NCBI GenBank assembly: GCA_963843875.1
Contig: CAWJMC010000007.1
Location: forward strand, 208,129 to 272,128
Origin: an uncultured Actinomycetota bacterium
GTDB lineage: Bacteria > Actinomycetota > Actinomycetes > Propionibacteriales > Nocardioidaceae
DNA length: 64,000 nucleotides
Reading direction: 5' to 3'
Under the pieces are notes generated by a model. That model saw only the letters and a list, made by a program, of their open reading frames with translations. It did not search any database and was not told the DNA's origin. The position numbers and the translations under genes are program-made. Shown here piece after piece: positions 14,244-28,634 of the stretch (position 1 is its first letter; each line of letters begins with the position of its first letter).

Positions 14244-15233
14244 GTGTCTCAACGTCCAGCCGTGCGTCCGGCCACCCGAGCGGGTCGCGGCAAGACCCGC
14301 AAGATCCTCACCACCCTGGCCTGCACCGCCTGCACCGCCGGCGTCCTCGCCGCCGTGCCGTCGGGATCCGCCACGGCGGACTCGCCGGCGTACAAGCTGC
14401 GCAACGGCGAGACCCTGGCCTCCGGGAGCTCGTTGACCTCGGCCAACGGCAACTACCGGCTGACGATGAAGCCACGCGGCAACCTGGTGCTCACGAGCAC
14501 CGACGACCCGAGCACGAACCTGTGGAGCACCGGCACCTCGAGCGGCAAGAACCTCGGGGCCCGCCTGGTGATGCAGTACCGCGGGAACCTGGTCCTCGTC
14601 TCGCCCGCCAACCAGGTGCTGTGGAGCACGGGCACCGACACCGACGGCGCGAACCTGGTGCTGCACTCCGACGCCTCGGTGGTCGTCGTCGACAAGGGCG
14701 ACGTGGTCTGGAGGAACTCCTCCGACACCTCCTCGCCCAGCCCCGCGCCCACCCCGACGCCCACCCCGGTCAGCAGCGCGACCGTGCGCGCCGACAGCTG
14801 GGTCTCGGCGCACGTCAGCTACTCGCAGAGCCGCTACTACTCCAACAAGTACGGCTCGTACCGCACCGACTGCTCGGGCTTCGTCTCGATGGCGTGGGGG
14901 CTGAACAGCAGCTACACCACCCGCACGCTGCCCAACATCTCCTCGGTGATCAGCAAGTCCGCCCTGCGCACCGGTGACATCCTGAACGCGTACAACTACC
15001 ACACCGTGCTGTTCGACAAGTGGGCCAACTCCGCCCACACGCAGTACTGGATCTACGAGGAGAGCCCGAGCGGTGGAGCGACCCACCACGTGATCCCGTA
15101 CCCGTACTACAGCGGGCACAACACCGGGAGCTTCGTGCCTCGTCGCCTGGTCGCCAAGAAGGTGCAGCAGATGAGCGGACGCAGTGCCCAGATGAGCCAG
15201 GGCTCGGACCCGGGCCCGGTCGACGTCCCCTGA
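14244..15233 (+). CDS. Secreted protein: bulb-type lectin domain + Pro/Thr linker + NlpC/P60-like cysteine hydrolase
   Basis: Signal-like N-terminus; three GNLV-type repeats with LWSTGT; PSPAPTPTPTP linker; YRTDCSGFVSMAW and YHTVLF. Confidence 0.8.
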   Translation: MSQRPAVRPATRAGRGKTRKILTTLACTACTAGVLAAVPSGSATADSPAYKLRNGETLASGSSLTSANGNYRLTMKPRGNLVLTSTDDPSTNLWSTGTSSGKNLGARLVMQYRGNLVLVSPANQVLWSTGTDTDGANLVLHSDASVVVVDKGDVVWRNSSDTSSPSPAPTPTPTPVSSATVRADSWVSAHVSYSQSRYYSNKYGSYRTDCSGFVSMAWGLNSSYTTRTLPNISSVISKSALRTGDILNAYNYHTVLFDKWANSAHTQYWIYEESPSGGATHHVIPYPYYSGHNTGSFVPRRLVAKKVQQMSGRSAQMSQGSDPGPVDVP

Positions 15234-15245
15234 TCCTGCCCGTCG

Positions 15246-15278
15246 CCGGAGCTGGACCGGAGCTGGACCGGAGCCGGA
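15246..15278. repeat. 11-bp tandem repeat CCGGAGCTGGA, about 3 copies
   Basis: ccggagctgga ccggagctgga ccggagccgga directly after the stop at 15233; can pair with TCCGGTCCGG downstream. Confidence 0.55.
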
Positions 15279-15386
15279 TCCGCGTCGATTCCGGTCCGGC
15301 CCCGCGAAACAGTAGGCTGGACAGCGCTCCGGACGAGGCGCTGCGCCCGAGGTTCACCGGGGAGTTCTGCGACGAGGAGTTCACAC

Positions 15387-18233
<2,847 letters not shown>

Positions 18234-18245
18234 GCGCGCGGAGCA

Positions 18246-18812
18246 CTAGCCGAACTCGAGGGCGACGCACCACCAGTGTCCGTCGATGAGCTCGATGCGC
18301 GCGGCCAGGGCGCGTGACCGGGCGCCGTGACGCACGTGCACGGTCACCTCTGCGGAGAGCGGTGTGGGCTGTTGGACGTGCACGCTGCGCACCTGCGGGC
18401 GCAGTCGGGAGCGCCGCTGCTCGCCACTCGCCACGGCGTTGAGCACCGCGCAGCGTTCCACCAGGTCTCGGTGGACCGAACGACCCATGCACCGCACGAG
18501 CTGCTGTGGTCCCCGGTCGCCGCTGGTCACCTCGACGACCGCCTGGATGAACCGGGCCACCCAGGGTCGTAGGGCGGGAGGACCGCCGGCGACCAGGCGA
18601 AGCTCCGGTGTCGACGGCAGACCGGGGTAGGGGTCCAGCTCGAGCGCCAGCGTGCCCTGGACCGCGGACAGGGGGACCCGGCCGCTGGAGTGTCCGGTGC
18701 AGGGACCGGGCAGACGGGTCACACCCGTCGTCCCGGCTCGTGAGCGAGCCGGGAGGCCTCGCGCGGCATAGGTCTCGGTGGTGTCGGTGCTCTCGACACG
18801 GGCCAGGGTCAT
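18246..18812 (-). CDS. Rv3235-family protein
   Basis: FIQAVVEVTSGDRGPQQL, VRSVHVQQP, RSRALAARIE..WWCVALEFG; convergent with secA. Confidence 0.8.
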   Translation of the reverse strand: MTLARVESTDTTETYAARGLPARSRAGTTGVTRLPGPCTGHSSGRVPLSAVQGTLALELDPYPGLPSTPELRLVAGGPPALRPWVARFIQAVVEVTSGDRGPQQLVRCMGRSVHRDLVERCAVLNAVASGEQRRSRLRPQVRSVHVQQPTPLSAEVTVHVRHGARSRALAARIELIDGHWWCVALEFG

Positions 18813-18825
18813 CGTGGTGCTCCCA

Positions 18826-19485
18826 TCACGGGCGGGTCGGGTTCTCGGTGGTCGAAGGGGCGGTCGAGGGGGCGGTCGGCGCCCGCAAGGCGGTGCCCGG
18901 CCGGATCAGGTCCGGGTCGGTACCCACCCGCTCCCGGTTGGCGGAGTACCAGGAGCGCCAGGCGCGGTCGATCTCGACGTTGCTCGGCACCCGCCCCGGG
19001 TGCTCGGCCTGCAGGCGTTCTCGCGCGATCAGCCAGAGGGAGTCCCCGCGGTGGACCGTGGTCCCGGCGGACTCGTCGTCGCCAGGTCGCCGGTCGATCG
19101 TGCGGTCGGGGAGCGGCAGGCCGTCGAGGTGGACCTGGGGGGTCGGTACGTGCGGCTCCTCCGCATGCACCGGGCCGCTGAGTGCACCCAGGGCGATCGC
19201 CCCGCAGGCGAGCAGCAGCACCCGGCGTACGGCGGGTGGGCAGGCGGCGTAGCCGGTCAGCTCGCGACCCGCGACCGGCTCGAGGAGCACCAGGACCACC
19301 AGGACCGTGGCCCACAGCACGGCGCCCTGGAGGGCCCAGGCCGCTGCGGTCGTGAGCAGATCCGCCAGGGTCGGTCCCGGGCCCGGTGATCGGTCGGCGC
19401 CCAGTGCCAGCCAGCAGGCCAGGTCGCCGCCGAGCGCGGCCGCGAGCAGCGAGAGGCGTCGGAGCACGGCTGAGTACGAGTTCAT
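18826..19485 (-). CDS. Membrane-anchored LysM-domain protein
   Basis: N-terminal TM helices; TVHRGDSLWLIA ... WYSANRERVGTDPDLIRPGTALRAP. Confidence 0.85.
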   Translation of the reverse strand: MNSYSAVLRRLSLLAAALGGDLACWLALGADRSPGPGPTLADLLTTAAAWALQGAVLWATVLVVLVLLEPVAGRELTGYAACPPAVRRVLLLACGAIALGALSGPVHAEEPHVPTPQVHLDGLPLPDRTIDRRPGDDESAGTTVHRGDSLWLIARERLQAEHPGRVPSNVEIDRAWRSWYSANRERVGTDPDLIRPGTALRAPTAPSTAPSTTENPTRP

Positions 19486-19598
19486 GTCTAACCTTGTGTT
19501 TGCTTGCGTTTGCGTCACTAAACGCCCGCTTGCGGTTCAGGTCAAGGGGTTCTCCACAGGGCCGTTTTGCTCCTGGGCTGCCCGGGAACGCTGCAGGT

Positions 19599-20192
19599 GT
19601 GCCTGGAGCCAGGGATCAACCGTGGGAGCAGATGGTGCTGGCGCTGCTCGACGACCTCGAGGAGCAGGCCGAAGGTCTGGCCCTGCTCGAGCGCGACCTC
19701 GAGGTGGCCGACCGGAGCCGCGCGGAGTACGCGCGGGTGACCTTGGCCGCCCGCCTGCACGCCGTCGCCGGGCACGACGTACGCCTGCTGCTGCTGGGTG
19801 GTCTCGCGCTGACCGGTCGGGTGCGCCGCACCGGTCCGGACTGGCTGCTGCTGGCCGACGCCACCGCCCGGGAGTGGATCGTGCCGCACGCCGCGGTCGG
19901 GGTGCTGCGAGGGGCGCGAGCCGGGGCGGTGGCTGCGGACGCGCTCGGCGTGCTGCGCCGGCTCACGGTGCGCTCGGTCCTGCGCGGGGTGGCCGAGTCC
20001 GACCCCGGGTGCGTCGTGCACCTGCTCGACGGGACCTCGCACGAGGCGACCCTGCTGCGGGTGGGGGGCGACTTCGTGGAGGTGCGCCTGGGCGGTGCGG
20101 TCACCCCCGAGCAGTACGACGTGGTGCCGATCGCGGCCCTGGCGGCCGTGCAGCGTCGCATCGGCGGGCCCCGCAACGATCACGGTGGTTGA
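19599..20192 (+). CDS. Conserved hypothetical protein
   Basis: WEQMVLALLDDLEEQAEG..., GRVRRTGPDWLLL, LLRVGGDFVEV; GTG 6 nt after AACGCT; alternative start 19632. Confidence 0.7.
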   Translation: MPGARDQPWEQMVLALLDDLEEQAEGLALLERDLEVADRSRAEYARVTLAARLHAVAGHDVRLLLLGGLALTGRVRRTGPDWLLLADATAREWIVPHAAVGVLRGARAGAVAADALGVLRRLTVRSVLRGVAESDPGCVVHLLDGTSHEATLLRVGGDFVEVRLGGAVTPEQYDVVPIAALAAVQRRIGGPRNDHGG

Positions 20193-20222
20193 GCCGGCGC
20201 GTGGCTGCGACGAGGACGCGGC

Positions 20223-20456
20223 CTAGGAGTCCCGCTCCTCGACGAACGGGTGCTGCTCGATGAACTGCTCGGCGTCGGCGTACATCCGCTGGATGTAGTC
20301 CTCGAGCTCGGACGCCTCGACCCGCCACTGGCCGCGGCCACCGATCTTGATCGCCTTCAGCTCGCGGCGGCGGACCAGTGCGTAGACCTGCGCGCTGGAG
20401 GTGTTGAGCACCTCGGCAACATCAGCGAGCTGCAGGAACCGGGGTCCGGTGGGCAT
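20223..20456 (-). CDS. Small HTH_17 (excisionase/BldC-like) DNA-binding protein
   Basis: MPTGPRFLQLADVAEVLNTSSAQVYALVRRRELKAIKIGGRGQWRV, the C-terminal part of ORF 20223..23870. Confidence 0.88.
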   Translation of the reverse strand: MPTGPRFLQLADVAEVLNTSSAQVYALVRRRELKAIKIGGRGQWRVEASELEDYIQRMYADAEQFIEQHPFVEERDS

Positions 20457-20573
20457 GTTCTTACTGTGCCACCTGGGGCAGGATTCGCCGCAGTGGCTCG
20501 ATCCGGTTGTGGAAAACCGCGGATGACGTCTCATCAGCGGGAAGGCTGGCGAGCACCCGCGAAGGAGAGCGCC

Positions 20574-21281
20574 ATGACCGCGACTGCCGCCGACCGAGGC
20601 ACCGACCCGACCGGGGCCGGCGACGGGTCCACCACCGCAGCACCCGCCGTACGCCGGGCGACCCGGCACCAGCGCCCGGGCTGGCGCGACCCGCGGATCC
20701 TGATCGGCGTGGTGATCGTGGCGGCCTCGGTGCTGGCCGGGGTCAAGATCCTGACGGGCGCCGACGACACCGTCGCGGTCTGGTCGGTGCGCTCGGACCT
20801 GCCGGCCGGCAGCCGGGTGTCGGGGGACGATCTCGTGGTCGAGCAGATCCGGTTCACCTCGGGCGCCCAGGCCGATCGCTACCTCTCGGCCGACCGGGCC
20901 GTGCCGCACCGGTCCGTGCTCGATCGCGCGGTCGCCGCCGGTGAGCTGCTTCCGCGCAGCGCTCTGACCGGTGCCGGCCAGGCCCTGGTCGAGGTCCCGG
21001 TGCCGGTGGCCGTGGACGACGTGCCGGCCACGGTGCGTCAGGGATCCGTGGTCGACGTCTGGGTGACGCCGCAGACCGCCACCACCTCCGACAAGCTCGC
21101 CGACGCCACGCTCGTCCTCGACGACGTCGTGGTCGTGGCCGCCCCACGGGCCCAGGACTCGCTCGCACCCTCCGGCACGCGACAGGTGATCGTCGGGGTG
21201 AGCCGCGAGCGGGCAGGCGACCTCGGACCGGCCCTCGGCAAGACCTCCGCCGGGCACGTCGTGATCACCCGGCAGGGCTGA
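20574..21281 (+). CDS. SAF-domain protein, CpaB/RcpC-like pilus assembly component
   Basis: WRDPRILIGVVIVAASV TM helix, SAF-like DLPAGSRVSGDDL, GSVVDVWVT; AAGGAG RBS. Confidence 0.75.
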   Translation: MTATAADRGTDPTGAGDGSTTAAPAVRRATRHQRPGWRDPRILIGVVIVAASVLAGVKILTGADDTVAVWSVRSDLPAGSRVSGDDLVVEQIRFTSGAQADRYLSADRAVPHRSVLDRAVAAGELLPRSALTGAGQALVEVPVPVAVDDVPATVRQGSVVDVWVTPQTATTSDKLADATLVLDDVVVVAAPRAQDSLAPSGTRQVIVGVSRERAGDLGPALGKTSAGHVVITRQG

Positions 21282-21288
21282 GCCGACG

Positions 21289-22600
21289 ATGCTCGACGGT
21301 GACCGCGTGGCGGTACTGGTGGCGGCCGGGGGAGCCGGCTGGGAGTCGTCCGTGCTGCGGACGCTGGCCGGCCCCGGGATCGCGGTCGTACGCCGATGCG
21401 TCGACGTCACCGACCTGCTCGCCGCCGCCAGCTCCGGGCTGGCCGACGTCGCGGTCGTGGCGGGGGACCTGTCCGGGCTGGACGCGGTCGTGGTGCCGAG
21501 CTGCTGCGCCACGAGGTCCGCACGGTCGCGATCGACCCGTCCGGGCCACCGGCCGGGGAACCGGGCCGGCCGTCCGGGCTCGGTCGCCTCGGGGTGGTGG
21601 CGGTGGTGGCACCGCCCGGTCCGGAGGGTCCGGTCGGCGGTGCCACGAACGAGGCGCTGGCCGAGGCGGTGCGCCGGGCTGCGGTCGAGGAGCTCGTCAC
21701 GGATCCCGACGACGAGCTCGGCGCACCCGTTCCGGCCGATCCTTCGGGGCGGCGGGGCAGGACGGTGGTGGTGTGGGGTCCGGGCGGCGCTCCCGGGCGC
21801 ACCACGGTCGCCATCGGTCTGGCCGCCGAGCTGGCCGGGCGCGGCCACCGCACGGTGCTGGCCGACCTGGACCCGTACGGCGGCGCGGTCGCCCAGCAGC
21901 TCGGGGTGCTCGACGAGATGTCCGGTCTGCTGGCCGCGGCCCGGCTGGTCAACGCCGGCGATCTCGACCAGCGTCGCTTCGCCGGCACCCGGCGGCTCGC
22001 CGTCGACCGCCTGGAGCTGCTGACCGGGCTGCCGCGACCCGACCGTTGGATCGAGGTCCGCGACGGGGCGGTCGCGGAGATCCTCGGTGCGGCGTCGCGG
22101 GTGGGGCACGTGGTGGTCGACACGGGCTTCGCGCTCGAGGACGAGACCGACCTCGGCCGGCCGGGTCCCGGGCGCAACCGGATGACCCTGGACGCCCTCG
22201 CCGAGGCCGACGAGGTGGTGGTCGTCGGCTCGGCGGAGCCGGTCGGGACTGTCCCGCCTCGCCCGTGGCCTGGTCGAGCTGGGCGACCTCGTGCCCGGGG
22301 TGCGCCTGCAGGTCGTGGTCAACCGGATGCGTGACTCCCTGGGCTGGGCCGAGGACGACATCCGAGGCATGGTCGAGGGGTTCGCCCGTCCGCGGGAGAT
22401 GCACTTCCTTCCGGAGGACCGTGTCGCGTGCGACCGGGCCCTGGTCGCGGGTCGTGCACTGGCCGAGTCCGGCGACTCGGCCCTGCGGCGGGCGTTGGCG
22501 ACGCTCACCACGACAGTGTTCCCGGAGTCGGCGTCGGTCCCCGCCACGCGACACCGTCCGACCCGGTTGCGCCGCGCGGCGGCGGCGTACGCGCTGAGCC
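21289..22600 (+). CDS. CpaE/TadZ-like MinD-ParA ATPase with N-terminal pseudo-receiver domain (frameshifted; end approximate)
   Basis: VVRRCVDVTDLLAAA; deviant Walker A WGPGGAPGRTT; LADLDPYGG, VVVDTGF, VVVNRMR. Confidence 0.8.
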
Positions 22601-22617
22601 TCAGCCCGGATGCGGGC

Positions 22618-23973
22618 TCAGGCCCCGAACAGCAGGTACAGCCCCGCGCCCGGTGTAGGCGACCATCAGCACCAGCAGCGGCAGCTGGCCGGTGATCTGG
22701 TGCCGCTTCGGCAGCAGTCGCAGGGCCCGGTCGTGGGCCGCGACGGCTGCGGTGACGTGGCCCGAGCACGATCGCCAGCACCTTCACGTCGGCCAGGAAC
22801 GACGGGTGCTGGGAGAGCCAGTAGTCCACCGTGAGGTTCGCCGTGCCGAGCACGTCGGAGCCGTCGACCATCGGGTCGCTGAGCTGGATCAGGGTGGTCT
22901 GGCCCTGCTCGACGAAGTACGACAGGTAGTGCGCGGTCATGTAGCCCGACGACGATCGGCACCAGCGAGTGCACCAGCAGCCCGGGCATCTCCCGGCGCG
23001 CGAGGCGGGCCGGTGTCCCGGCCGGTCGCGTGCGCGGCGAGGATGAAGCTCAGCGCGACCACGGCGCAGAAGAACAGCAGGGCGAGGACGTTGGTCACCG
23101 AGCTGGGGAGCGCCTGGGCGTCGACGAAGTCGGAGTAGCTGAGCCGGTCCTTGTAGGAGTCGAAGGCCGTGCTGCCGAACAGCACGCTGAGCACCGCCAC
23201 CAGCCCCGGCTCGACGCGTACGCCGTCGAGCCCGGCCAGCGGGCTGCGCCACACCAGCACGCCGTCGCCACGGCGCCCGACCGGCGCGAGCCGGCCCACC
23301 AGGGTGGAGTAGACCTCGAACGGGTCCGCCGCGGGCGAGGAACGACTCGCCGAAGACCACCGCACCGAGCAGGGTCAGCGCGACGTAGATCGCGAGCCAG
23401 ATCTGCACCGAGCCGAGCAGGGTGGAGCTCGGGTTGGCCAGCTCCTGCCACACGAAGGCGAACAACCCGAGCGCGGCCGGCCAGTAGCCGAGCCACCGGG
23501 GGTAGGCGAGCAGTCCCGCCGAGGCGTCCACGCCGCGGGCCCGGCTGAGCAGCAGGTGCAGGGTCCGGACCGGGCTGAGCAGCCGGTACGCCGGTCCGAG
23601 CAGCAGCGACGCCGGCACGATCCCCACCCACAGCAGCACGTAGAACGTGCCGAACACCGGGTTGGTGACCAGGTCCGGGCCGGCCAGCGCCGCCCACGCG
23701 AGGTACGCCGCCGCAGCGAGGCCGAGCAGTCGCAGCGTCCACCGCAGACCGGCACTGTCGACGACCCGGCCCAGGGCGCCGGGTAGCGGGCGGCCCTGCG
23801 TCGCGGCGTCGTAGCGCGGGCGGCGCCAGGCGAGGACCAGCACCACGAACGAGACCAGCAGCGCCACCATGGCGGCCGTGATCGCCAGACCCGCCGGGAT
23901 CGGCAGGTCCCGCGCACCGCCGACGCCGTGTCACGGGCACGACGACGGCGGGGCTGGTCAGGAGGTGCGACAC
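22618..23973 (-). CDS. Multi-pass membrane protein of unknown function (frameshifted)
   Basis: HGVGGARDLPIP start, LWVGIVPASLLLGP, DPFEVYS, GSTAFDS, YMTAHYLSY, AAHDRA. Confidence 0.75.
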
Positions 23974-23974
23974 C

Positions 23975-24400
23975 TCATCGCACCTCGAGCTGCGCGATCA
24001 GCGAGTCGCTCTCGTGCTCCTCGAGCTCGATCACGCCGGGCACCGTGAAGCGGATCTTCTTCGTCGTGGTGCCGGTCTTGAACTCGACGTGCTGCTCCGG
24101 GGAGGAGTGCACGTGCAGCTCGCCGGCCCGGTCGGAGGTGATCCTCAGCGTCAGCGGCTCGGACAGGTCGACCGCGACCCGCTTGTTCGCCGGCTTGACG
24201 TCGTCGCCGTCGACGGTGATGTCGAGGGTCTGGCGGCTGGCCGGTGCGGCCGAGTCGGAGGCGGCGGCCCCGGCGTTCCCGGTCGAGCCGCCGCCGCAGC
24301 CGGCGAGGCCGAGCGCCAGGGCGAGCCCCATGGCGAGCACCGGGACGAGCCTGGAGACGGATCTGCGGGCGGACCCGGAACGGGGGACGTGCGCTGGCAT
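23975..24400 (-). CDS. Lipoprotein, cupredoxin-like His-rich domain
   Basis: Lipobox LAGC; ITSDRAGELHVHSSPEQH and PGVIELEEHE. Confidence 0.75.
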   Translation of the reverse strand: MPAHVPRSGSARRSVSRLVPVLAMGLALALGLAGCGGGSTGNAGAAASDSAAPASRQTLDITVDGDDVKPANKRVAVDLSEPLTLRITSDRAGELHVHSSPEQHVEFKTGTTTKKIRFTVPGVIELEEHESDSLIAQLEVR

Positions 24401-24594
24401 GGCTCTCCTGGACGGGGTGGGGCGACGGGTTGGTGGCGCGAAGCGCCGCAGCGGCCGCGCGCGAAGGCGGCCCAGGCGGGCTCGGACCGGCTCGTGACGC
24501 CCCCAGTGTGCCGGGTCGCACCCCGTGGCAGACTCACCGCGATGCTCGGGGGCACCCGCGACGGGGCTCGGGACGAGGCACGGAGGGGTGTGTG

Positions 24595-26039
24595 ATGACG
24601 GACCGGCTACACACGCGTGACCTCGCGATCCTGGCGCAGGAGTCGGTGCGGACCCCGATGCACAACTCGACGCTGGAGATCTTCGACCCCGGTGCGTCGG
24701 GCCTGGACTACGACGCCCTGGTCGCCCACGTCGACGACCGGATCGCGTTCGTGCCGCGCTACCGCCAGAAGCTGCGCCACGTCCCCGGCGGCCTGGCCAA
24801 CCCGGTGTGGATCGACGATCCCGACTTCGACCTCAACTACCACGTGCGTCGCTCCGCGCTGCCCCGCCCGGGCACGCGCGAGCAGCTGCGCGACCTGGTC
24901 GCCCGGATCGTCTCGCGGCGCCTGGACCGGGACCGTCCGCTCTGGGAGATGTACGTCGTGGAGGGGCTGGAGGGCGGTCTGGTCGCGCTGCTCTCCAAGT
25001 CGCACCAGGTGCTCGTCGACGGGGTGCGCACCGTCGACATCGGCCAGGTGCTGCTCGACGTGGACCCGGCTCCTCGTCCGCTGGTCGTCGAGGGCTGGAC
25101 GCCGCGACCGCTCCCCGAGCGCGCAGGAGCTGGTGGCCAAGGCGCTGAACGACAACCTCGACTCCGCCGTCGCCCTCGAGACGGTGCGCAGCACCGTCGC
25201 AGGGCGCTGCGCCGACAGGTCGAGCAGGTCGCCTCGCTGGTCGGCTCGCTGGTGCCGGGGTTGCCGCGGCGCAGCACCGGCGCGGCGTACGTCTTCAACG
25301 TCGAGCCCAGCGAGCAGCGCCGGGTGGTGCTGGTGCGCACGGCGCTCAAGGACTACCGCAAGGTGCGCCGCGTGCACGGCGGCACCGTGAACGACGTCAT
25401 CCTGGCCACCGTCGCCGGCGCGGTGCGCGGCTGGCTGATGACCCGCGCGGAGTCGGTCAACGCCGGGCCGCAGGCTGCGGGCCCTGGTGCCGATGAGCGT
25501 GATCGACGAGGAGCGCGAGCCCACCAGCCTGGGCAGCACGGTCATCGGGCACCTGCTGAGCCTGCCGGTGGGTGAGTCCTCACCGGTCGTCCGCCTGCAC
25601 CAGGTCTCCTACGCGCTGCGGGCGCACTCCGAGACCGGGCACGCGGTGGCGGCCGACCGGATCGCCGGGGTCGCCGGGTTCGCCCCCACCACCTTCCACG
25701 CGCTCGGCACCCGGGTCGCGCTCTTCGACGACCACGACATCAACCTGGTGCTCACCAACGTCCCGGGTCCGCAGTTCCCGATGTTCGCCGCGGGGGCGGA
25801 GATGGTGGAGACCTACCCGGTGCCTCCCGCTGCTGCCCGGCTTCGGGCTCTCGATCGGCGTGACGTCCTACGACGGGTCGGTGTTCTACGGCATCAGCGC
25901 CGACCGGGACGCGCTGCCCGACGCCGACGTGCTCGGGCAGTGCATCCGCGAGGCCCTCGACGAGCTGATCGACTCGGCCAGCGAGACTCGGCAGCGAGCG
26001 CCCCGCGGTCGCAAGGCCTCCCACAAGGCTCCGAAGTGA
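24595..26039 (+). CDS. Wax ester/triacylglycerol synthase family O-acyltransferase (frameshifted)
   Basis: PRYRQKL, WIDDPDFDLNYHVR, LDRDRPLWEMY, GGTVNDVIL, TNVPGPQ. Confidence 0.9.
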
Positions 26040-26052
26040 CCCAGGAACGGGG

Positions 26053-26462
26053 ATGAGCGTGCGCGTCTACCTGCCGGTGACCCTGACCGAGCTCGGCGCG
26101 ATGGCCGCTCGCGGCTCGATCGAGGGGCCCTTCAACGCCCACGCCGTCACCGACGCGGTGCGCCCGAGTGGGCGGACAGCTCGGAGGAGGAGTGGGAGTA
26201 CGAGGCGTTGTGCCTCGCCGCCGACGACTGCCGCGAGCTGTGGCGCGGCGACGACGTACGCCGTCGGGTGGTGCTGGCGCTCGAGGTCCCCGCCGCCGAG
26301 CCGGTGGGGGCCGAGGACCCGACCCTGGTCGTGGTCGCCGGTGGGGTCGAGTGGTCCCGGGTGGCGGCGGTCCACGCCGATCTCGCAGACAGCGACGCCA
26401 CGGCCGAGGAGGACCTGCGCTGGTTCGCGACCCAGGAGGTCGACCAGCTGCTGGGGTGCTGA
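26053..26462 (+). CDS. Conserved hypothetical protein (DUF6912-like; frameshifted)
   Basis: MSVRVYLPVT..AHAVT, EEWEYEAL, RRVVLALEV, VAAVHAD, LRWFATQEV. Confidence 0.7.
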
Positions 26463-26547
26463 GCCCGGCCCCGGCGCGGACGTCATCCGTACCGCTCGCC
26501 TGGCAGCCAGTTCGTATGACGTCCCGGGAAGTGACACGCTGGACGGC

Positions 26548-28179
<1,632 letters not shown>

Positions 28180-28239
28180 CGCGGGCACCTTGTGGACGAG
28201 GGTTGTCCTGCACCGGCCCGTCGTGGGTAGCGTGCGGGC

Positions 28240-28630
28240 ATGAGGCGCCCGCACCAGAACGTGGCGACCGTGCTGGTCGATCCCGCGGTCCTGCGCGACC
28301 TCGAGCTCGACCTGGTGACCCTCGACCTGTGGGTCTGGCCGGTGGCGACCAGCGACGCGGTCGTGGACGGCGAGCGGCTCGGCGTTCCAGATCCGGCGCC
28401 GGCTGCTGATGGCCCGACGGGGCGCCTGGGACCTCGCGGCGGGCTGGGCGCCGGTGTGGATCTCCTTCGGCGAGAGCTGGTACGACGGCGACGAGCCGCT
28501 GCCCTGGGCCGCGCACGCCGCGCTGTGGGACAAGCTCGCCGAGTACGCCGCCCACACCCGCTACCGCCTCGGCCTCGGCGGGATGCAGCGCTTGACCCCG
28601 GTCCGCGAGCCGGGACGTTCCGACGCCTGA
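28240..28630 (+). CDS. Hypothetical protein (frameshift near 28380)
   Basis: ATG 6 nt after TAGCGT; coding-like MRRPHQNVATVLVDPAVLRDLELDL continuing WAPVWISFGESWYDGDEPLPW in a second frame. Confidence 0.65.
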
Positions 28631-28634
28631 GCGT

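Noticed and set aside
20223-20456. Excisionase marking a prophage or ICE
   Set aside because: No integrase, tRNA/att site or phage genes; TadA neighbours are pilus genes rather than conjugation genes
20223-23870. 1215-aa minus-strand ORF
   Set aside because: Chimera of the membrane protein, antisense readthrough and the small HTH gene
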